64,000 nucleotides of DNA from Bacteroidaceae bacterium (lineage in GTDB: Bacteria; Bacillota_I; Bacilli_A; RFN20; CAG-826): NCBI GenBank assembly GCA_963657885.1, contig CAVKNZ010000002.1, positions 3,775-67,774 of the forward strand. The letters are read 5' to 3'. The translations under genes and the position numbers were made by a program. A model generated the notes under the pieces. The model saw only the letters and a list, made by a program, of their open reading frames with translations. It made no database searches and was not told the origin of the DNA. Shown piece by piece: positions 27,978-38,844 of this stretch (positions are counted from its first letter, which is position 1; each line of letters starts with the position of its first letter).

Positions 27978-29444
27978 ATGGAAAAGAAAAAAGAAAAAAT
28001 CGTTGTCATCGGCGGTGGAATAAGTGGTCTCAGCGCTTCAATTGAAGCTTTAAAGCAAGGATTTGATGTCTCTTTATTTGAAAAGAATCCATCATTAGGT
28101 GGCTTATGTTTCTCTTTCTTTAGAAAAAATTATTATATTGATGGTTGCCTTCATTGGTTAACTGGAACGAAAGAGGGAACTTACCTCAACAACATTTGGA
28201 AAGAGTTAGATGTTTTACGTGATGATGTTTCGCTAATTCAATTAGAATCATTAGTGTCATATAAAAATAAATTTCATTTATACCGAGATTTTTCTAAAAG
28301 TGAGGAAGAATGGGTGAAAAGTGCGCCTGAAGACGCTATAGAAATACATCACTTCTTTAAAATGTGTAGAAGATTTTCTCTCCTTCAATTAGCGAGTTTA
28401 AATCGACCATATGAACTTCTTGACGCCGATAGTGTCTATTCGATGGTGCAAAAGAAATATCCAAAGTTATTGCCCTATATTGATGAATTAAGAATTTCTA
28501 GAAAAGAATATGCCTCAAAATTTAAGAATGAGGATTTACGTTTCTTCATTGAAAATGCACAGGTATCTTTTAACGATTTATTTTGCCTTTTGTTTGTCTA
28601 CACTAAATTTGTTCAAGACGACGTTGATATTCCAGTAGGTGGTTCATTTAAAATGATTGAAAGAATGAAAAATTTGTTCCTATCATTAGGTGGAAAACTT
28701 CATTTAAATGAGGCGGTGGAAGAAATACTTGTTCAAGATGACACTATATATGGGATTAAAACAAGAAAAAACATTTATGAATGCGACTATATTATCGCTT
28801 CGCTAGATCCAATCTATACTTTAAAAGAATTATTAAAAAACAAATATCATTATCCAAAAATAGAGGAAGCTTTTTTAGATAAGAAAAACTATCCATTACC
28901 AAGCGCTTTTCAAATGACTTTTCTATTAGATGAAAACCTTGATATTTTTGATGCCTCTAATGTAATTAAAACTAAATCAATCCGCATCGGAAAGAACAGC
29001 TACAATGCATCTTTACTGAGAAATTATTCTTATGATAAAGAACATTTTTCAAAGAATGGTAAGACAATTTATCACATCTTTTTTAATCAAAATGAAGATG
29101 ATTATCTTTATTGGAAGAGTCTAGATAAAGAGAATTACCTTAAAGAAAAAGAAAGAATAGCTTCTGAAATTAAAGATGAATTATTCAAGTTATATCCTTC
29201 AATGATTGATAGCTTCGAATTGATTGATATTTTTACACCGTTAACAATTTCTCGATACACAAATGCAACTTCTGGCGCTTATATGTCCTTTCCAGTTTTG
29301 GGCAGGAAAAATGCTCTTTTCTTTAATAGCAAAGTAGATGGGCTTAACAATTTTGTTTTCGCAAATCAATTTTTATCTTCGCCTGGAGGCTTACCTAACG
29401 CTGCACTAAATGGTAAATTAGCTATTTCACGCCTATTAAAATAA
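27978..29444 (+). CDS. FAD-dependent oxidoreductase (CrtI/phytoene-desaturase-like superfamily)
   Basis: Dinucleotide-binding motif VVIGGGISGLSAS...EKNPSLGG at the N-terminus, 488 aa. Confidence 0.7.
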   Translation: MEKKKEKIVVIGGGISGLSASIEALKQGFDVSLFEKNPSLGGLCFSFFRKNYYIDGCLHWLTGTKEGTYLNNIWKELDVLRDDVSLIQLESLVSYKNKFHLYRDFSKSEEEWVKSAPEDAIEIHHFFKMCRRFSLLQLASLNRPYELLDADSVYSMVQKKYPKLLPYIDELRISRKEYASKFKNEDLRFFIENAQVSFNDLFCLLFVYTKFVQDDVDIPVGGSFKMIERMKNLFLSLGGKLHLNEAVEEILVQDDTIYGIKTRKNIYECDYIIASLDPIYTLKELLKNKYHYPKIEEAFLDKKNYPLPSAFQMTFLLDENLDIFDASNVIKTKSIRIGKNSYNASLLRNYSYDKEHFSKNGKTIYHIFFNQNEDDYLYWKSLDKENYLKEKERIASEIKDELFKLYPSMIDSFELIDIFTPLTISRYTNATSGAYMSFPVLGRKNALFFNSKVDGLNNFVFANQFLSSPGGLPNAALNGKLAISRLLK

Positions 29445-29694
29445 AGTCAATTAAAAGAGTAAAATCGGAATTTTCCGCGACTTTCAGTCGGAATTTCCTG
29501 TGATGGTTTCTTCGTTTTTATCGGTATTTCATTTTAAAAAGTATGAACTTTTTGAGATAGTTTTAAAGGCAAATTTATTTAGTCAATAAAAAATGTCAAT
29601 ATACAGCCCAAATTATTTGTTAAAAAATTGACTAGGTTTCTTACTTATTAATCGCCTTTTTCCTATTTTCCAAGAAAAAAATTTCATTGAATTA

Positions 29695-29723
29695 TTCAAT
29701 TAAAAATTATGAGATGATACAAT
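29695..29723 (+). promoter_or_regulatory. putative pfp promoter
   Basis: TTCAAT, 17-nt spacer, TACAAT preceded by TGA (extended -10), about 30 nt upstream of the ATG. AGGAG SD follows. Confidence 0.45.
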
Positions 29724-29754
29724 AATCAAGGCTTATTTTTAGGAGATTTACGAT

Positions 29755-30963
29755 ATGAGTAAAAAAGCGATGGTTTATATTCAAAGTGGAGGTCCAACTT
29801 CCGTTATTAATTCCTCTTTGTATGGTGCGATTATTGAAGCTAGAAAACATAGCGATAAAATCGATAATATTTATGGTTCTCTTCACGGTATTGAAGGTTT
29901 GCTTGTTGATGATTTAATCGACTTAAATCAAGAAGATGATAAAACAATTGAACTTTTTAAGCAGACACCTGGAGCAGTGCTTGGAACAAGCCGTCATAAA
30001 CTTCCTAAAGATCATCATGACAAAGAATATCAAGCTATTATCAATACGCTTCAAAAGCACAATATTGGATATGTTTTCGTTAACGGTGGGAATGATTCGA
30101 TGGACACTTGCTTTAAATTGTCCAAGCTTTGTGAAGAACTCAAGCTCGACATCAAAGTTATGGGCGTGCCAAAAACTGTCGATAACGATTTAGCGGAAAC
30201 TGACCATTCCAATGGTTTTGGTAGCGCAGCGAAATATATCGTAAATACTGTTAAAGAAATTTGTATTGACGCAAAATGCTATAAAAAAGGTAAAGTCTAC
30301 ATCATTGAAATCATGGGTAGAAATGCTGGCTGGCTGACGGCATCTGTCGATTTACTTGAAGGAGAAAATAGACCTGATTTAATTTATCTTCCAGAGAATA
30401 AATTTGATTTAAATGCTTTCTTAGATGAAGTCAATGCTTTATTTGCTAAAAAAGGTCATGCAATAGTTGCCATCAGTGAAGGCATCGAATTTGAACGCGA
30501 TGAAAGCAAAGTTAGAATCGATTCTTTTGGTCATAAGCAACTTGGCGGAGCTGCATATGATTTAGCAAAAATTGTTGAAGATAAACTTGATTTACCAACT
30601 AGATCCATTGAATTATCTTTGACGCAGAGAGCCTATTCTTTTTTAACTAGTAAAGTTGATCAAGATGAAGCTATTATGTGTGGTAAATTAGCGGTTATTA
30701 AAGCTCTTGAAGGTTCTACTGGTCGCATGATTGCTATTAAACGCGTTAGCTCCAATCCTTATCAAGTTCGATATGAAGAGGTTGATATTTCTAAAATTGC
30801 CAATGTTGAAAGAGTGGTTCCAACTTCAATGATGGTTGATGAAACTAAAATGGCACCATCCTTTAAAGAATATTGTCTTCCTTTAATTCAAGGAGAAATT
30901 GATGTTGAATATGAAAACGGCATCATCAAAAGTGCAGAATTAAAGAAGGTAAAAGTTAACTAA
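29755..30963 (+). CDS. pfp: 6-phosphofructokinase, PPi-dependent type by signature residues
   Basis: 402 aa. GGNDS (Asp at the position that is Gly in ATP-PFKs) and PKTVDND (Lys rather than Gly). Confidence 0.8.
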   Translation: MSKKAMVYIQSGGPTSVINSSLYGAIIEARKHSDKIDNIYGSLHGIEGLLVDDLIDLNQEDDKTIELFKQTPGAVLGTSRHKLPKDHHDKEYQAIINTLQKHNIGYVFVNGGNDSMDTCFKLSKLCEELKLDIKVMGVPKTVDNDLAETDHSNGFGSAAKYIVNTVKEICIDAKCYKKGKVYIIEIMGRNAGWLTASVDLLEGENRPDLIYLPENKFDLNAFLDEVNALFAKKGHAIVAISEGIEFERDESKVRIDSFGHKQLGGAAYDLAKIVEDKLDLPTRSIELSLTQRAYSFLTSKVDQDEAIMCGKLAVIKALEGSTGRMIAIKRVSSNPYQVRYEEVDISKIANVERVVPTSMMVDETKMAPSFKEYCLPLIQGEIDVEYENGIIKSAELKKVKVN

Positions 30964-30968
30964 AAATC

Positions 30969-30993
30969 ATCGGGCCAAACGGTCCGATTTTTA
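30969..30993 (+). terminator. rho-independent terminator after pfp
   Basis: ATCGGGCC-aaac-GGTCCGAT followed by TTTT. Confidence 0.75.
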
Positions 30994-31042
30994 TTAAAAA
31001 TTGAACTTATTATTCTTGTTAGTCCATACTTTAATTTTTCTT

Positions 31043-31071
31043 TTGACAAGAGAATTTATCTTTAAGATAAT
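31043..31071 (+). promoter_or_regulatory. atp operon promoter
   Basis: TTGACA (31043-31048), 17-nt spacer, GATAAT (31066-31071). Confidence 0.6.
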
Positions 31072-31094
31072 TATTGTTGCTTGAAAAGAAAAGT

Positions 31095-31574
31095 ATGAAA
31101 AAGTTCCTTGATAAATTAAATGAATTAGAAAAGATGCTCCTGCTAGCCTTAGCTGTTGGTATTTTTTTGATGCTTTTTTCACTTATTCCTTTATTCGTTG
31201 TTAAGCAAGCTGGATGGCTAATCGGCATCGCCATTGGAACAGTCGTTGGCATCATCAATATCTATTTGACATATTTAGGCTCGGAAATGGCTTTGAAAAC
31301 TTTTAAAACATATACATTTTTATTATTTTATTTTTTAAGAGCGACTCTAGTTATTGCTTCTTTAGTCGTTACTGCAATGTTCCAATTCGGCTTTTCTGTT
31401 GGTGAAGTGAGCTATGTTGAACCTTTAAACGCTTTTGATTTTTCTTTATGGGCATTCTTGATTGGATATTTTCCAATGAAAATCGTGATGATTGTTACGA
31501 TGGCTAAAAGCAAAACTAACGACGTGACAATTTCTGATAATTTGCACAAAAGCGAGGAGAAGAAGGATGACTAG
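31095..31574 (+). CDS. atpI: AtpI-like small membrane protein
   Basis: 159 aa with 4 predicted TM helices, first gene of the atp operon, overlaps the atpB start. Confidence 0.5.
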   Translation: MKKFLDKLNELEKMLLLALAVGIFLMLFSLIPLFVVKQAGWLIGIAIGTVVGIINIYLTYLGSEMALKTFKTYTFLLFYFLRATLVIASLVVTAMFQFGFSVGEVSYVEPLNAFDFSLWAFLIGYFPMKIVMIVTMAKSKTNDVTISDNLHKSEEKKDD

Positions 31575-32352
31575 CTTTTCTTTAGCTAATCTAATTGGGC
31601 CAGATAATCTTAAACTCGCTCCTAACTTAGAAACGCTTATTTGTTTGGCTATTTGTTTTTGTTTAGCGATTGTTTTTATTGTTGTTGGCATCATCGCTAG
31701 ACACGCCGATTATAAGAAAAGCCCGAAAGGATTATTGTTTGTCTTTGATTTTGCTGTTGAAAAACTTGATGGTTTTACTAGCGACACTATGGGCCCAGGT
31801 TTTGAAAATTTCGGTGGAATACTTCTTGGCATCATTTGTTTTTTGTTTTTTAATTTCATAATTGGGTTAACAGGTTTGCCAACGCCTATGGCTTATTTGC
31901 CAGTTCCATTATCTTTAGGTTTGTTTACCTTTTTGATGATTCATTTCACGGCGATTAGAGAGAACAAATTTAAATATTTCAAACGTTTTATTGATCCTTT
32001 TCCCATCTTTTTACCTGCCAATCTATTAAGCATGTGGGCTCCGTTATTGTCATTGACTCTGCGTTTATTTGGCAATGCGGTGGTTGGTTGGGTTTTACTT
32101 ACACTTATCAACTGGGCGTTAGAAAACGCTTCAGCAATGATTTTAATGGGCACGGTTGGAAGTGCAAGCGACTTATTATTAGTCCCAATAGCCACGCCAT
32201 TACTCCATGCTTATTTTGATGTTTTCTCAACTTGTATTCAAACATTGGTGTTTACTTTCTTAACAGCTTTGTTTGTGGCTCAAGAAAAATCAGAACCAGA
32301 AGAGGAAGAAGTTAACTTAGGTTCTAGAAAGGAGGCTATTGAACATGACTGA
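31567..32352 (+). CDS. atpB: F0F1 ATP synthase subunit a
   Basis: 261-aa polytopic protein. Conserved LRLFGN(A)VVG region (essential Arg). Confidence 0.9.
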   Translation: MTSFSLANLIGPDNLKLAPNLETLICLAICFCLAIVFIVVGIIARHADYKKSPKGLLFVFDFAVEKLDGFTSDTMGPGFENFGGILLGIICFLFFNFIIGLTGLPTPMAYLPVPLSLGLFTFLMIHFTAIRENKFKYFKRFIDPFPIFLPANLLSMWAPLLSLTLRLFGNAVVGWVLLTLINWALENASAMILMGTVGSASDLLLVPIATPLLHAYFDVFSTCIQTLVFTFLTALFVAQEKSEPEEEEVNLGSRKEAIEHD

Positions 32353-32590
32353 TTTAGGTATGATCGCTCTTGCAGCAGCTATCTCTATTTTCTCATCCGG
32401 TTGTTCTTCACTTGGTGAAGCTATGCTTATCACTAAAGCTATTGAAGGAATGGCTAGAAATCCAGAAGCTAGCAAGACTCTTCGTTCTAACATGATCATC
32501 GGTACCGCACTTGTTGAAACTTGTGGTATTTATGCATTGTTAGTTTCCATTTTGCTCATCTTCGTGATGCCAGGCAATATCGTTCATTAA
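32345..32590 (+). CDS. atpE: F0F1 ATP synthase subunit c
   Basis: 81-aa two-helix hairpin. ARNPE loop and carboxylate in LVETCGIYALLV. AGGAGG is 9 nt before ATG 32345. Confidence 0.9.
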   Translation: MTDLGMIALAAAISIFSSGCSSLGEAMLITKAIEGMARNPEASKTLRSNMIIGTALVETCGIYALLVSILLIFVMPGNIVH

Positions 32591-32616
32591 TTTGTTTACT
32601 TTTTAGGAGGGCTTTT

Positions 32617-33204
32617 ATGAAAAAAAGAATACAAAGAATTTCACTTCTTGCTTTGTTTTCTTTAACTCTTTCTTCTTGCTCGGAAGTTCCTTTTAAAACA
32701 GAAGACTTTACAAGCCGTATTTTCTTCAATTTGTGGGATTTCTTAGCAGTGTTTTTAGCGTTTATTATTCTTGTTACTGTCGGTTTCTTCTTTGCTTATA
32801 AGCCGGTGAAAGCTTACATTCAAAAACGAAAAGACTACATCAATAACAACATTAAAACCGCTGAAGAAAGAGAAGAGAAATCACGCACTATCGTTTCTGA
32901 GGCTGAAGTTATTAAAACTAATAGCCAAAAAGAAGCTTTTGAAACAGTGAAAAAAGCCCATGATGATGCTTTAAAAGAAAAAGAAGTCATCATTTCTAAC
33001 GCCAAAGAAGAAGCTAAACAAATTAAAAGAGTCGCTCAAAAGGAAATTGAGCAAGAAATTGAAGCCAGCAAAGACGAAATTCATTCTCAAATTGTCGATG
33101 TGGCTTTAGATGCATCTAAGAAAATACTTGATCGCGAAATTAACGAAGATGATAACCGTAAATTTGTGGAAGATTTTGTTTCAGATATTAAAAAGGATAA
33201 GTAA
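32617..33204 (+). CDS. atpF: F0F1 ATP synthase subunit b with lipoprotein-type signal peptide
   Basis: ATG 32617 after AGGAGG. MKKRIQRISLLALFSLTLSS-C lipobox, then the TM helix and the long charged helix of b subunits. Confidence 0.85.
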   Translation: MKKRIQRISLLALFSLTLSSCSEVPFKTEDFTSRIFFNLWDFLAVFLAFIILVTVGFFFAYKPVKAYIQKRKDYINNNIKTAEEREEKSRTIVSEAEVIKTNSQKEAFETVKKAHDDALKEKEVIISNAKEEAKQIKRVAQKEIEQEIEASKDEIHSQIVDVALDASKKILDREINEDDNRKFVEDFVSDIKKDK

Positions 33205-33755
33205 TGGATTCATTAGCTTTACGATACGCTAGAGCATTGCTTTCCATCGCCATTGATGAAAAGAAAGTTTTAGAATACAAAAATGCAATGAACGAATTAG
33301 CGGATTATTTTTCGAATAATCTCGATGTTGATGAATATTTGAAATCTTATTTTGTTACTGAAAAAGAAAAATATGACGTCATCGATAAAATCACTAATCA
33401 TTTTGCGTTAGCTAATCTATCGTCATTTATCAAATTATTGGTTAAGAAACACCGATTCGATAATTTTAGATATATCGAAAAGGAATTTAATAAATTAGCC
33501 AATGAGGAATTAGGCATTCATTCAGGAATCCTCTATTCCACAATTCCCTTATCCAAAAAAGAAATTAATTCTATTGAAGAGGCAATTTCTTTAAAAGAGA
33601 AGCATGAGGTTGAACTCGTTAACAAAATCGATGAAAAGCTCATCGGTGGAGTAAAAGTTTGCATCGCGGATAAAGTATATGATGGATCAATTAAAAACAA
33701 ATTAGAGATTTTAAAATCTCAACTCAGCGAAAGGAGAAATGTAGATGAAAATTAA
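33204..33755 (+). CDS. atpH: F0F1 ATP synthase subunit delta
   Basis: 183 aa. OSCP/delta layout and operon position. Confidence 0.85.
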   Translation: MDSLALRYARALLSIAIDEKKVLEYKNAMNELADYFSNNLDVDEYLKSYFVTEKEKYDVIDKITNHFALANLSSFIKLLVKKHRFDNFRYIEKEFNKLANEELGIHSGILYSTIPLSKKEINSIEEAISLKEKHEVELVNKIDEKLIGGVKVCIADKVYDGSIKNKLEILKSQLSERRNVDEN

Positions 33756-35250
33756 TTCTTCAGAAATAAGCGCTTTAATTAAAAAGCAAATTGAAGATTT
33801 TTCTCATAAAGCTCAAGCACTTGATGCCGGAACAGTTATCACTATCGGTGATGGCGTTGCTTTAGTTTATGGTCTTGATAAAGCAATGCTTGGTGAACTG
33901 GTCGAATTCCCTCATGGAATTTATGGCATGGTCATGAATCTTGAAGAGGAACATGTCGGCTGCGTGCTTTTAGGCGATGATACTGAGATTAAAGAAGGCG
34001 ATTTGGTTAAAAGAACTAATCGTGTTGTGGAAGTGCCAACTGGTGACGCTCTTTTAGGAAGAGTAGTGAACGCTCTTGGTCAACCTTTAGATGGTTTAGG
34101 CGAAATTAAAACTAAAACAACACGTCCAGTCGAAGTTATCGCTCCTGGAGTTATGTATCGAGAAAGCGTGAATACTCCTTTGCAAACTGGCATTAAAGCA
34201 ATTGATGCGATGATTCCAATTGGTAGAGGACAACGTGAACTTATTATTGGCGATCGTCAAACTGGAAAAACAGCGATTGCAATAGATACAATCATCAATC
34301 AAAAGGGACAAAATGTGAACTGCATTTATGTGGCAATCGGTCAAAAGAATTCAACGGTAGCCAACATTATCGACAAATTAAATAAATGTGGAGCCATGGA
34401 ATATACAACTGTTGTTTCTAGCTCTGCAAGCGAACTTGCTCCATTGCTTTATTTAGCACCTTATTCAGGTATGGCAATGGCAGAGGAATGGCTACACGCT
34501 GGTAAAGATGTTTTAATTGTCTTTGATGATTTAAGCAAACACGCGGTTTCTTATCGAACTTTATCACTTCTTCTTAAACGTCCAAGCGGCCGTGAAGCTT
34601 ATCCAGGCGACGTTTTCTATCTCCATTCCAGACTTCTTGAAAGAGCATGTAAGCTCAATAAGGAAAATGGTGGCGGTTCGATTACAGCTTTACCAATTAT
34701 CGAAACGCAAGCAGGCGATATTTCCGCCTACATTCCAACAAATGTTATATCGATTACTGATGGACAGATATTTTTGATGAGCGATTTGTTCAATGCTGGC
34801 CAACGCCCAGCTGTCGATTCTGGCTTATCAGTATCTCGAGTTGGAAGTGCTGCTCAAATCAAAGCTATGAAGCAAGTTGCTGGATCGCTTAAGATTGAAC
34901 TTGCCTCTTATAACGAACTTCAATCCTTCTCACAATTTGGAAGTGATTTAGATGAAGAAACTAAAAAGACTCTGCATCACGGAGAAGTGTTGCTCGAAGT
35001 TTTAAAACAAGACCAATATGATACATATGATGTAAATCGTGAAATTATTGAACTTTTCGCCGCAAAACACCGTTATTTAGAAGATGTTGAAAAGGCAAAG
35101 ATCAAACCACTTCTTAACGATTTATATTCATATATCAAATCAACACATAAAGAAATTTTAGATGAACTCACCATTAAAAAAGAGTTCTCTAATGTACTTA
35201 TCGAAAGCTTAAAGAAAGTTATCGAAGAATATTTAAAAGCAAATAAATAA
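33745..35250 (+). CDS. atpA: F0F1 ATP synthase subunit alpha
   Basis: P-loop GDRQTGKT, 501 aa. Confidence 0.97.
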   Translation: MKINSSEISALIKKQIEDFSHKAQALDAGTVITIGDGVALVYGLDKAMLGELVEFPHGIYGMVMNLEEEHVGCVLLGDDTEIKEGDLVKRTNRVVEVPTGDALLGRVVNALGQPLDGLGEIKTKTTRPVEVIAPGVMYRESVNTPLQTGIKAIDAMIPIGRGQRELIIGDRQTGKTAIAIDTIINQKGQNVNCIYVAIGQKNSTVANIIDKLNKCGAMEYTTVVSSSASELAPLLYLAPYSGMAMAEEWLHAGKDVLIVFDDLSKHAVSYRTLSLLLKRPSGREAYPGDVFYLHSRLLERACKLNKENGGGSITALPIIETQAGDISAYIPTNVISITDGQIFLMSDLFNAGQRPAVDSGLSVSRVGSAAQIKAMKQVAGSLKIELASYNELQSFSQFGSDLDEETKKTLHHGEVLLEVLKQDQYDTYDVNREIIELFAAKHRYLEDVEKAKIKPLLNDLYSYIKSTHKEILDELTIKKEFSNVLIESLKKVIEEYLKANK

Positions 35251-35253
35251 GAT

Positions 35254-36111
35254 ATGGCGCAAAATTTAAATAAGACAAAAAGAAGAATTAGTAGCATTAA
35301 ATCGACAAAAAAGATTACGAAGGCTATGGAGCTTGTTTCTACAGTTAAACTTCGTCGATATAAAAACGTGATGCTAGAAAATAATCTTTATACTGATGAG
35401 ATTATCTCTTTAATGAACCTTCTTTTATCATTTCCAACATCAAAAGATGATGAAGGAGAAAGTCTTTATTTAAAAGAAAATATTGAGGCAAATGACACTT
35501 TATATCTTGTTATTACCTCGAATTTAGGTCTCTGCGCTTCTTTTAACAATGATGTCTTCCATTTCGTGAAAGAAAATATTAGTAAAGATAATACACTTAT
35601 TGTGCCTATTGGATTAAAAGGCGATGAATATTTTCAAAAGGAAGGCTATAAGATTGATGAACGTTTCGTTAAAGCTAATGAACGCATCAATTATAGCGAT
35701 ATAAAACACATTTCAGATTTTTTGCTTAAAAGCTTTTTAGATAAAAAATACAAGTCCATAAAACTTGTCTATACCCATTACATCAATTCAATCCGTTTTA
35801 AACCAACATTAGTTAACATCTTTCCTTTAGAAGGTGTTAAAAAAGTTGATTTATTAGCTTATCCACCTATTTTTGATAGCGATGTCTCTTCGCTCATCGA
35901 CGAATTCATACCTTTGTATACGACATCACTTTTATATCAAAGAATAGTAGAAGCTCAAGTAAGTGAGCAAGCTAATCGACGCATGGCGATGGAAAATGCG
36001 AACGACAATGCGGATGAACTCATCAATAAATTAACACTTGAATATAACAAAGCGCGTCAAGCACAGATTACTCAAGAAATCAGTGAAGTTATCTCTGGCG
36101 CGATTGAATAA
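35254..36111 (+). CDS. atpG: F0F1 ATP synthase subunit gamma
   Basis: 285 aa. N-terminal KITKAMELVS and C-terminal ARQAQITQEISEV helices. Confidence 0.95.
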   Translation: MAQNLNKTKRRISSIKSTKKITKAMELVSTVKLRRYKNVMLENNLYTDEIISLMNLLLSFPTSKDDEGESLYLKENIEANDTLYLVITSNLGLCASFNNDVFHFVKENISKDNTLIVPIGLKGDEYFQKEGYKIDERFVKANERINYSDIKHISDFLLKSFLDKKYKSIKLVYTHYINSIRFKPTLVNIFPLEGVKKVDLLAYPPIFDSDVSSLIDEFIPLYTTSLLYQRIVEAQVSEQANRRMAMENANDNADELINKLTLEYNKARQAQITQEISEVISGAIE

Positions 36112-37523
<1,412 letters not shown>

Positions 37524-37524
<1 letters not shown>

Positions 37525-37919
37525 TGTCTTTTAAAGTTGATATCATTACTCCTAAAGGCTTATATGCATCGCTTGATGTTGGCTCTTTAACTTTGAAACT
37601 TATCACTGGTTATCGAACTATTTTAGAAGATCACGCCCCATTAATCGGGTCCCTTGATTATGCGCCGATGCATTTAGTGGCGAATGGAAAAGAAGAACAT
37701 TACACTCTTTTAGGTGGAGCTATTAACGTTAAAAAAGATAAAGTAGTTTTGCTTACTAATGCCATTGAAGCTAAAGATGAAATCGATTTAGATAGAGCAT
37801 TTGCAGCGAAAACCCGCGCTGAAGAGCGGCTTGCATCAACTGATCCAAATTTAGATGTTAAGCGAGCGGAACTCGCTTTAAAAAGAGCACTTGTTCGCAT
37901 TGAAACAGCAAAAAAATAA
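37524..37919 (+). CDS. atpC: F0F1 ATP synthase subunit epsilon
   Basis: 131 aa, last gene of the operon, ATGA-type junction with atpD. Confidence 0.9.
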
Positions 37920-37927
37920 TTAAATTA

Positions 37928-38725
37928 TCAATTTAAGTAAGTAGCGAGAAAATCGCTACTTTCTTTATTATCGCTAGAAAATACAAATTGTTTATTTTCG
38001 CTTTTAATAATTCCAATAGGAGAGGACAAATCTGTAAGGGCGTATTCTTCCTTGAATGAGGAAATGTTTTCATTGTCTAACTGCACAAGAGCAACTTTTT
38101 TGTCACTATTTTGTATCTTTTCTTCAATAAACGATCGATATTTATTAATAGAGTTTGAATTTGAATAATCGACAAAAATTGTCAATAAATTTTCTTCATT
38201 TTCTAAGAAGGCTTTATAGCTATTTTGTAACGAAAAAGTATATACGTTTGTGAGATAAACGTAATCTTGCATAGCTTTATTAAACATTAAAGATGATGAA
38301 TATCTCGATTGAGGAATCAGTGTCATTTTCTCCTTACTTTCAATGAGATAGACTCTAGGAGTGTCTTCTAAATTTAGTAATGTCCCATATTTGTCATAGA
38401 GCTTATAAGCTACTTCACCTTGATTTGTCATATTGACTTTTATAACAAAAGCCGAGGTATCTTTTATGTAATTTAGCATCACATCTTTAAAATCTTCACA
38501 AGCATGGCAATTTTCTTGCATAAAATAAAAGAGAAATCTTTCTTTTTGTTCTATGAGATTTTCGATGTATTCATAGCTTCCAATTTTGTAGGCGTTATCT
38601 TCATTTATTTCTTCTAAAGAAGAAAGTTCCCCATTTCTATTGATGTGTGGATTATTATTATTTTGTCCGCAACTAGTTAGGCAAGAGGCTAATAAGATTG
38701 TTGCTGTGAGAAATCGCTTTTTCAT
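37928..38725 (-). CDS. thioredoxin-fold lipoprotein (CxxC)
   Basis: Signal peptide with lipobox (ILLASCLTS-C), FLFYFMQENCHACEDFK and TPRVYLIES cis-Pro loop. Confidence 0.65.
   Translation of the reverse strand: MKKRFLTATILLASCLTSCGQNNNNPHINRNGELSSLEEINEDNAYKIGSYEYIENLIEQKERFLFYFMQENCHACEDFKDVMLNYIKDTSAFVIKVNMTNQGEVAYKLYDKYGTLLNLEDTPRVYLIESKEKMTLIPQSRYSSSLMFNKAMQDYVYLTNVYTFSLQNSYKAFLENEENLLTIFVDYSNSNSINKYRSFIEEKIQNSDKKVALVQLDNENISSFKEEYALTDLSSPIGIIKSENKQFVFSSDNKESSDFLATYLN
37940..37966 (+). terminator. atp operon terminator embedded in the 3' end of the convergent CDS
   Basis: AGTAGCGA-gaaaa-TCGCTACT followed by TTCTTT. Lies within the last codons of the minus-strand gene 37928-38725. Confidence 0.65.
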
Positions 38726-38844
38726 TATGTGTTTATTATAGAAAATAAAAACGTTTTAGAGTTAGATTTTTTTGTTTAATTAAAAATCCATATACGTATT
38801 GTTTTTTCTTTATATTTTAACTTTCTTTCATTATCCTTATAGAT

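Noticed and set aside
29466-29498. Imperfect hairpin after the oxidoreductase gene, considered as a rho-independent terminator.
   Set aside because: Pairing the two repeat copies needs two bulges, and no T-tract follows. The direct-repeat reading (two operator-like sites) explains the sequence better, so it is reported as a finding instead.
30994-31258. Two minus-strand ORFs (62 and 75 aa) across the atp promoter and atpI start.
   Set aside because: They overlap the consensus atp promoter and the atpI coding region, have no initiation signals, and translate to low-complexity sequence.
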